From Candidatus Falkowbacteria bacterium (GTDB taxonomy: Bacteria > Patescibacteriota > Patescibacteriia > CAIXNZ01): DNA of 64,000 nucleotides. Under the pieces are notes generated by a model. It had not been told where the DNA came from and did no database searches. It saw only the letters and a list, made by a program, of their open reading frames with translations. Positions 57,892-64,000 of this stretch are shown here, in pieces. Position 1 is the stretch's first letter, and each line of letters opens with the position of its first letter. The position numbers and the translations under genes were made by a program. The stretch is from positions 67,522 to 131,521 of the forward strand of contig CAVZGV010000004.1 of the NCBI GenBank assembly GCA_963774955.1, read 5' to 3'.

Positions 57892-58716
57892 ATGCAAAGT
57901 AAAAATGATAATACATTATTCAAGGGAGCAGCTTGGTATTACGCAAATTTTAGACGTGGATATCCAGAATCTTTTTATAATCACTTAATAAAAGTTTTCA
58001 AACTTGATAAATCGTCAAGGGCACTAGATTTAGGAACTGGCACAGGTCAAATCGCAATTCCTTTATCAAAGATAGTCAAAGAAGTCGTCGCTGTTGATCC
58101 TGACGAGGAAATGCTAAACGAGGGTAATACTATCGCTAAATTAAAAGGAGTTTCAAATATTATTTGGACAAAATCACGAGCCGAGGATATATCAAATAAA
58201 TTAGGTCATTTTGATATAACGACAATGGGAGCTTCCTTTCATTGGATGGAACAAGATAAGGTACTGGAAAAAATTTACGACCTTACAAATGACCACGGAG
58301 GGGTTGTTCTAGTTTCAAATACCTCATCAATTCATAGGAATAAGGGTAATGATGCATGGAAAGAGGTTGTTTTAGCGACAATTGAAAAGTATCTTGGAAA
58401 GCAACGTAAAGCTGGTAAAGGATATTTTAAGGAACCAAATGATAGATTTGAAGATATTCTAGAGCGCTCAAAGTTTAAGGTGCTAAAAACTTTTAATGAT
58501 AGATACACTCAAGAATGGAATATTGACACTATCATTGGATTTTTATACTCGACCTCCTTTGCATCCAAACGATTCTTTGGTGACAATATTGAGAATTTTG
58601 AAAATGAATTACGTTCAAATTTGTTAAAGTTAAATAAAACCGGTAAATTTACTGAAACAGCAGTTCTAGAAGCATTACTCGGACAAAAAAACAAAAGAAA
58701 TTTGAAAATTTTTTAA
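57892..58716 (+). CDS. class I SAM-dependent methyltransferase
   Basis: motif I LDLGTGTGQIAIPLS. Confidence 0.65.
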   Translation: MQSKNDNTLFKGAAWYYANFRRGYPESFYNHLIKVFKLDKSSRALDLGTGTGQIAIPLSKIVKEVVAVDPDEEMLNEGNTIAKLKGVSNIIWTKSRAEDISNKLGHFDITTMGASFHWMEQDKVLEKIYDLTNDHGGVVLVSNTSSIHRNKGNDAWKEVVLATIEKYLGKQRKAGKGYFKEPNDRFEDILERSKFKVLKTFNDRYTQEWNIDTIIGFLYSTSFASKRFFGDNIENFENELRSNLLKLNKTGKFTETAVLEALLGQKNKRNLKIF

Positions 58717-58876
58717 AACAATCCGCCTTTGGCGGAAAAAGAAAAGGAATACATCAGCTAATACGGCGTATCTGGCTACGGCTTTTTTCAAAAACCTTCG
58801 CCCAAATAGCTGTGCAACTACAGATATGCCGAAACGTTCAGTAAAAACTAAAGGAGTTGTTCACGAGCGACTCCTC

Positions 58877-58922
58877 TTGACAGAAATAGTCAAATTGCTA
58901 TAATTGTAATACAATGTATTAC
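58877..58922 (+). promoter_or_regulatory. sigma70-like promoter plus palindromic operator for the toxin-antitoxin operon
   Basis: TTGACA (58877-58882), 16-nt spacer, TATAAT (58899-58904); palindrome GTAATACAATGTATTAC 58906-58922. Confidence 0.6.
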
Positions 58923-58937
58923 AATTAATTTATCTCT

Positions 58938-59153
58938 ATGAGACAAGTAATTAACATCTCTTTGCCTCAACAAACAGTCCAGGAAGTTAAATCTGCCGTT
59001 AAAAGAGGCAATTATCTTAGCGTTAGTGAATTTTTTCGTGATCTATTAAGAGACTGGCAGTCTGGTAATCTTCTTAAAGAATTAAACCAAAGCAGAGAAG
59101 AAATCAAAGCCGGCAAGGGCAAAACTTTAAAATCCTTAAAGGATTTGAGTTGA
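58938..59153 (+). CDS. type II antitoxin (ParD/RHH-like)
   Basis: 71 aa, immediately upstream of RelE/ParE toxin. Confidence 0.55.
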   Translation: MRQVINISLPQQTVQEVKSAVKRGNYLSVSEFFRDLLRDWQSGNLLKELNQSREEIKAGKGKTLKSLKDLS

Positions 59154-59159
59154 TCTTTT

Positions 59160-59417
59160 ATGGACATAGTTTATTCCTCAAAATTTGCCCGTGAATACAG
59201 GAAATTGCCTAAGAATGTTAAGATAAAGGCAGAAGAGCACGAAACAATATTCAGACAAAATCCTCATGATCCGAAATTAAACACGCACAAACTTCATGGC
59301 AGACTTATAGAATTCTGGTCTTTTTCAATCGGTAATAAATACCGGATTATTTTTGAATTTGGCAACGACAATATAATCTACTTTCATTCAGTAGGTAATC
59401 ATAATATTTACCAATAA
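59160..59417 (+). CDS. RelE/ParE-family type II toxin
   Basis: 85 aa; SKFAREYRKLPKNVK...KLHG...WSFSIGNKYRIIF pattern typical of RelE/ParE. Confidence 0.65.
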   Translation: MDIVYSSKFAREYRKLPKNVKIKAEEHETIFRQNPHDPKLNTHKLHGRLIEFWSFSIGNKYRIIFEFGNDNIIYFHSVGNHNIYQ

Positions 59418-59662
59418 ACAAACTTCGCATACGCCGAAACGTTAGCTGACATTTTGGGCAGTGAGCGCAATTCAAATCAATTTATTTTTATGGAGATAAT
59501 TACCGCAAATAATTAATTCATTTGGCTACGCCCAAATTTTATCTTTTTTGGGCTATCTGCATACCCCATTGCGTTATTCTAACAAACGTGATATTATTAG
59601 AATAAGATGGTTAATTATTCTAACCGTTAGAACAACAAACCCCCTTATTCTAATCAGTAAAT

Positions 59663-60763
59663 ATGCCAATAAAACCCTATATTTTGCCTAAATTACCAGT
59701 AAAAATTGATTACGACCAACTTATCGGGAAGATTATCAAAGCGCACAGGGCTATTGCTAGCCTTGATTCTTTGCTTGGCGCCCTGCCCAACCCTGCCTTG
59801 CTTGGCAGAACCATGCAAACCAAAGAAGCGGTTGAGAGTTCCAAAATAGAAGGCACCCAGGCTACTATCAATGAGGTCCTGGAATATGAAGCAGTAGGAG
59901 TAAAAAAAGAGGCTACAATAAACCAAAAAGATATTAATGAGGTAATAAATTACCGTCAAGCTTTGGATTTGGGAGTAAAGAGCCTGGAAACATTGCCACT
60001 TTCTGAAAATCTAATCAAAAAACTACATGCTACTTTGCTCAAATCAGGCCGTGGAGCCAATAAAGCTCCCGGTGAATTTAGGAAAGTTCAAGTTTATATC
60101 GGCAAGCCTGGAGCTAGCATTGCTGATGCATCGTATGTCCCACCTGCTGCCAATGAAATAATTCCTTTGTTTAGCAACCTGGAAAAATATTTAAATTCCA
60201 ATGAAGAAAAAGATAAATTGGTGCAAATAGCCATCGCTCATTATCAGTTTGAAGCGATTCATCCATTTCTTGACGGAAACGGTCGAGTGGGCAGATTAGT
60301 AATCTCGCTATTTTTATATGAAAAAAAATTATTATCTCATCCTTTTTTATATTTGAGTGAATTTTTCGAAGAACATCGCCAATATTATTATGAATTATTA
60401 CGTGGCGTAAGCGAAAAACAAGACTGGATAAGTTGGATCCAATTTTTTCTCGAAGCTTTGGCTACCCAAGCCCAAAAAGCCGAATTAACAGGTAAAGAAA
60501 TTCTTAAACTTCATGCCGGCTATAAAGAAAAAATTACAGAAATTAAATCAATTTACGCTATCAACTTATTAGATGCCATTTTTGTTCGCCCAATTTTTAC
60601 CACTGCCAGCTTGCGGAAATACGTTAAAATGAAAAACACCCAGACATTCTTCAGCCTGATTGCCAAATTTGTTGATGTAGGAATTCTGAAAGAAGCCAAT
60701 CCCGAAAAAAAACGCAATAAAATTTACGTTTTTCCTGAATTGATAAAATTGTTAAACAAGTAA
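59663..60763 (+). CDS. fic: Fic/DOC family protein (paralog of 56543 gene)
   Basis: Fic motif HPFLDGNGRVGR. Confidence 0.85.
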   Translation: MPIKPYILPKLPVKIDYDQLIGKIIKAHRAIASLDSLLGALPNPALLGRTMQTKEAVESSKIEGTQATINEVLEYEAVGVKKEATINQKDINEVINYRQALDLGVKSLETLPLSENLIKKLHATLLKSGRGANKAPGEFRKVQVYIGKPGASIADASYVPPAANEIIPLFSNLEKYLNSNEEKDKLVQIAIAHYQFEAIHPFLDGNGRVGRLVISLFLYEKKLLSHPFLYLSEFFEEHRQYYYELLRGVSEKQDWISWIQFFLEALATQAQKAELTGKEILKLHAGYKEKITEIKSIYAINLLDAIFVRPIFTTASLRKYVKMKNTQTFFSLIAKFVDVGILKEANPEKKRNKIYVFPELIKLLNK

Positions 60764-60848
60764 CGTGGCTCTTAAGACAGTCACGGGGTTTATTAGCCGA
60801 AGTATTATCCTTTATCTCGGGAGGTGAAGAACTTTTTAAAACTATACA

Positions 60849-61409
60849 ATGAAAATTAATAAAATATTTTTCTTAACCGGCGTCAATGGGGTAGGCAAAT
60901 CCACCATAATTCTTCATTTGAAGTCTATTCTGCCTGAGAATAAATTTGTGATTTATGATTTTGACGCGCGAGGCGTTCCGGCAAATGCTGACCGCGCGTG
61001 GAGAATTTCCGAAACTAAGCATTGGCTTAGTCAAGGCAATCTGAATTCAAAAAATGGAAAAAGCACGATCATTTGCGGCTTTATTAAACCAAGCGATCTT
61101 GGGACTTACAATTTAATTAATCGTGAATCATCCGAAATCATGCTAATTCTGTTATCTGCCAAACCGGAAATAATCCGCCAACGGCTAATAACCAGATACA
61201 CCGTAAACGGAGTTTTTGACGAATCGCAAATGGTAATAGGCAAAACAATTGACGAATTCATTGAAGGCAATGTTTGGTTCTCAGAACAAATAAAGAAAGA
61301 ATTCGCGAACAATAACTTGCCGATAATTGATACTTCCGATTTAACACCACCGGAGGTAGCGCAAGAATCTGCGAAAATTATTATAGAAAAATCTGCTAAA
61401 AAAAATTAA
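60849..61409 (+). CDS. P-loop NTPase (small-molecule kinase-like)
   Basis: Walker A LTGVNGVGKSTI. Confidence 0.5.
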   Translation: MKINKIFFLTGVNGVGKSTIILHLKSILPENKFVIYDFDARGVPANADRAWRISETKHWLSQGNLNSKNGKSTIICGFIKPSDLGTYNLINRESSEIMLILLSAKPEIIRQRLITRYTVNGVFDESQMVIGKTIDEFIEGNVWFSEQIKKEFANNNLPIIDTSDLTPPEVAQESAKIIIEKSAKKN

Positions 61410-61466
61410 TTTTTCAATGAAACCTAAATATTTTCAATTCAACTGCCGGGAAACAAAAAACTTGAT

Positions 61467-61931
61467 TTGCGTCAGGCTAATGCAGTTTTAAAATATAAAC
61501 CTGACATAATAATTTTAGAATATCCCAATAACAATAAAACTCCAAATATGGAGTTAAATAACTATGCCGCGCTGAAAAAGCCTCAAAAACTGGTGGAAGA
61601 TAGACTGAAAAAATTACCTAGTAGCATTCTTAAAATTCATCCCTGGGCCAAAGCAGATACTGTAATGTGGCAAAATATAGTAAACTTATGGGGAAAAGGG
61701 CATCAAGTTTTAATCTACAAAGTTGACGCGCCCAGTGAACTGACCAAAGAATTGCTATTCAAATGGCCAGCACCTTATCCGAAAATAATGAGAGACTGGC
61801 GCTGGTGGGTGCAAATCTATTTGCGCGAAAGAATAATGACCGATAATATTAAATGGATATTTAAAAATTACAAAGTTAAAAAAAACCGACTACGCTCATC
61901 TTTTTACAAAGTTTTCACTGGAATCATATAA
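61467..61931 (+). CDS. hypothetical protein; possible N-terminal frame break at A6 run (61455-61460)
   Basis: TTG start in ORF track; overlapping ATG ORF 61417-61490 in another frame. Confidence 0.35.
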   Translation: MRQANAVLKYKPDIIILEYPNNNKTPNMELNNYAALKKPQKLVEDRLKKLPSSILKIHPWAKADTVMWQNIVNLWGKGHQVLIYKVDAPSELTKELLFKWPAPYPKIMRDWRWWVQIYLRERIMTDNIKWIFKNYKVKKNRLRSSFYKVFTGII

Positions 61932-62095
61932 AATTTTTGCTTAAAAATCCGAGCAAGGCCCAAATCTGGAAGTATTATTTTGGAAAATTTCCAGAAGTCA
62001 ACCGATCCAATATAGCTTTAAAAATAAGAAATTTTAACAAGGTCTTTTATAAATACTGGAGAAAATACTCCGATTTTAATTCTTAATATGAAAAA

Positions 62096-62566
62096 ATGAA
62101 AAAAACATTTTTAATTTTCAGCGCCTGTTTTGTTTTGATTTTATCAGGCTGTCAAAATATTTCCGTTAACAGCCTTGAAAACAACAAAAACACCAATAAT
62201 GAACCGGCTGCAGGCCTGGCTAATCCGGCTTCTGCCAATTGTATTGCCAAAGGAGGCAAATTGGAAATGAGAAAAAACAAACTGGGAGAATACGGAGTCT
62301 GCTTATTTGAAGACAATCGCCAGTGTGAAGAATGGGCGCTTTTCCGCGGTCAATGTCCTGAAGGCGGAGTAAAAATTACCGACAATGCAAATGCTGCGGA
62401 AGTTTATTGCGTTATCACCGGCGGACAGGTTGTCAGTTTGGAAAAAGATACCCTTTTATGTAAGAGAATTGACGGTACATTATGCACTATCCAGGCAAAT
62501 TTTGACGGCGAATGCCCTGACCCCAATGATCCAAATCCAAACGCAGGTAATGTGGAAGCTCAATAA
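62096..62566 (+). CDS. DUF333-type lipoprotein (putative hemolysin family)
   Basis: lipobox LSGC; two repeats of NPAS.NC..GG...G.C....C.EWA-like motif. Confidence 0.6.
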   Translation: MKKTFLIFSACFVLILSGCQNISVNSLENNKNTNNEPAAGLANPASANCIAKGGKLEMRKNKLGEYGVCLFEDNRQCEEWALFRGQCPEGGVKITDNANAAEVYCVITGGQVVSLEKDTLLCKRIDGTLCTIQANFDGECPDPNDPNPNAGNVEAQ

Positions 62567-62590
62567 AAAGGCCTAATTACCTTAATTTTT

Positions 62591-63835
62591 ATGGAGATAA
62601 TTAACGTAAATAATTTAAGCAAAAAATATTTTGACTATTTAGAGCTGGAACATATTGATGTTGTCAGTCAGATTTTAAGTGAAGTTAAAAAAGACGGGGA
62701 TAAGGCTATTCAAAAATATACCAAAAAATTTGATAATTTGGCTTTAAAAGACTTTAAACTTTCCAAAGAACAAATTAAAAATGCCTACAAGCAAGTTAAT
62801 CCGAGGGATATCCAAATGCTTAAAAAGGCTGCCGCCAACATTAAATCTTTTGCCAGAAAACAGCTGGAAACTTTTAAGAATTTTGAAATTACCAAAAACG
62901 GGGTCACCTTGGGACAAACCATCGTGCCTATAGAAAAAGTAGGGTGTTATGTTCCTGGAGGAAGATATCCATTACCATCCTCTGCTTTAATGACTGTTAT
63001 TCCCGCCAAAGTAGCGGAGGTAAAGGAAATAATTGTCTGTTCACCGAAAATACACCCTTTAACGATTGTGGCTGCTGATCTGGCTGGTGCCCACAAAATC
63101 TTTAACATCGGCGGGGTTCAGGCTATTGGCGCTCTGGCTTATGGAACAAAATCAGTGCCCACAGTCAATAAAATTGTAGGGCCTGGAAATAAATATATTG
63201 CTGCAGCAAAAAAACAAGTCTACGGAATTGTTGGCATAGATTTTATTGCTGGGCCGAGCGAAGTTCTCATAATCGCTGATGAATCGGGGAATCCCGCCTT
63301 TATCGCCGCTGATTTATTGGCGCAAGCTGAGCACGATCCTCAGGCCAGATGTGATTTATTGACCACATCAAAAAAAATCGCTCAAGAAGTAAATCAAGAA
63401 ATAGAAATTCAACTTGCTAAGTTATCAACCAAAGAAACTGCCAAAATTGCCTTGAAGAATGGTAAAATTGTTATCATTAAAACCTTGGCTCAGGCCGTTG
63501 AAATTTCCAATAAACGAGCGCCGGAGCATTTAGAATTACAAATTAAAAACCCCAAAGCTCTGATGCCTAAACTGATTAATTATGGCTCGTTATTTATTGG
63601 AAATTATTCTGCCGAAGTCTTTGGAGACTATTGCAGCGGCACTAATCACACCTTACCGACAAATGGCGCTTCTCATTATACTGGCGGATTATCTGTCAAA
63701 GAATATATTAAAATTTTAACCTACCAAAAAATGAACAGAAAAAGTTGTATTAATTTAGGGAAAATTGCTTCCAGGCTAGCAGATCTTGAGGGACTAAAAG
63801 CTCATAAAAATGCTGCAGATATCAGATTAAAATAA
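62591..63835 (+). CDS. hisD: histidinol dehydrogenase
   Basis: [35 protein letters not shown] and APEHLELQ motifs. Confidence 0.8.
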   Translation: MEIINVNNLSKKYFDYLELEHIDVVSQILSEVKKDGDKAIQKYTKKFDNLALKDFKLSKEQIKNAYKQVNPRDIQMLKKAAANIKSFARKQLETFKNFEITKNGVTLGQTIVPIEKVGCYVPGGRYPLPSSALMTVIPAKVAEVKEIIVCSPKIHPLTIVAADLAGAHKIFNIGGVQAIGALAYGTKSVPTVNKIVGPGNKYIAAAKKQVYGIVGIDFIAGPSEVLIIADESGNPAFIAADLLAQAEHDPQARCDLLTTSKKIAQEVNQEIEIQLAKLSTKETAKIALKNGKIVIIKTLAQAVEISNKRAPEHLELQIKNPKALMPKLINYGSLFIGNYSAEVFGDYCSGTNHTLPTNGASHYTGGLSVKEYIKILTYQKMNRKSCINLGKIASRLADLEGLKAHKNAADIRLK

Positions 63836-63841
63836 TAATTT

Positions 63842-64000
63842 ATGGATTTTATAAACTTTCCGTCTCAATATAAAAACGCCGTCTTAAATCAAACAAAAAA
63901 TACTACTATACGCGTAAAAAATGAAATAGGGAAGTACAAGACAGGGCATACATATGTAGCGCAATCTTATGCCGGCACTGATTGGGGCCAAAAAATTAAA
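63842..64000 (+). CDS. partial ORF at window end
   Basis: ATG 63842, open to end of window. Confidence 0.3.
   Translation, partial: MDFINFPSQYKNAVLNQTKNTTIRVKNEIGKYKTGHTYVAQSYAGTDWGQKIK

Overview
Low-GC (about 30-35%), gene-dense bacterial chromosome segment. Its gene content is typical of a small-genome Patescibacteria/CPR-like organism (inference): PilB, TsaE/TsaD, PolA, HolA, S20, YchF, TrmB-type regulator, two Fic proteins, tRNA genes without encoded CCA. Several GC-rich (about 45-55%) horizontally acquired blocks are embedded in it. The dominant feature is a roughly 21 kb NAD-centred accessory region at 9.6-30.9 kb. It holds NrtR-PnuC-NadR (nicotinamide riboside salvage), two PncA-like nicotinamidases, PncB, NadD, NadE, NadK and a Prs-like PRPP synthetase, plus ADP-ribose handling genes (ADP-ribosylglycohydrolase, Nudix domains, a nucleoside-deoxyribosyltransferase-like/Nudix fusion, a histidine phosphatase, a radical SAM enzyme). 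A TerY-P triad (vWA + PP2C phosphatase + Ser/Thr kinase-like) sits between the two NAD clusters. The GC-rich ORFs of this island are separated by AT-rich, near-identical intergenic modules: terminator hairpin, 17-19 bp inverted repeats flanking AATCTAGA-type short repeats, an AAAGTTCTTT box, then a host-style RBS. The genome also carries a REP-like GC-rich palindromic hairpin family (TCCGCC-NNN-GGCGGA doublets) together with a REP-associated tyrosine transposase (RAYT) gene. Copies lie in tRNA loci, intergenic regions and, in frame, inside a methyltransferase gene; the RAYT gene itself holds a perfect 42-bp palindrome. Every tRNA gene (Glu, Cys, Arg, Ala) is accompanied by degenerate partial tRNA duplicates. 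The tRNA-Glu locus additionally carries a small GIY-YIG nuclease gene and 3.4 tandem copies of a 146-bp unit built from a tRNA 3' half. The last 11 kb is an integron-like cassette array: plus-strand cassettes (Fic x2, RHH/RelE toxin-antitoxin pair, methyltransferase, P-loop NTPase and others) sit downstream of a divergently oriented tyrosine recombinase, separated by recurring boundary repeats. Several apparent frame breaks coincide with homopolymer runs.
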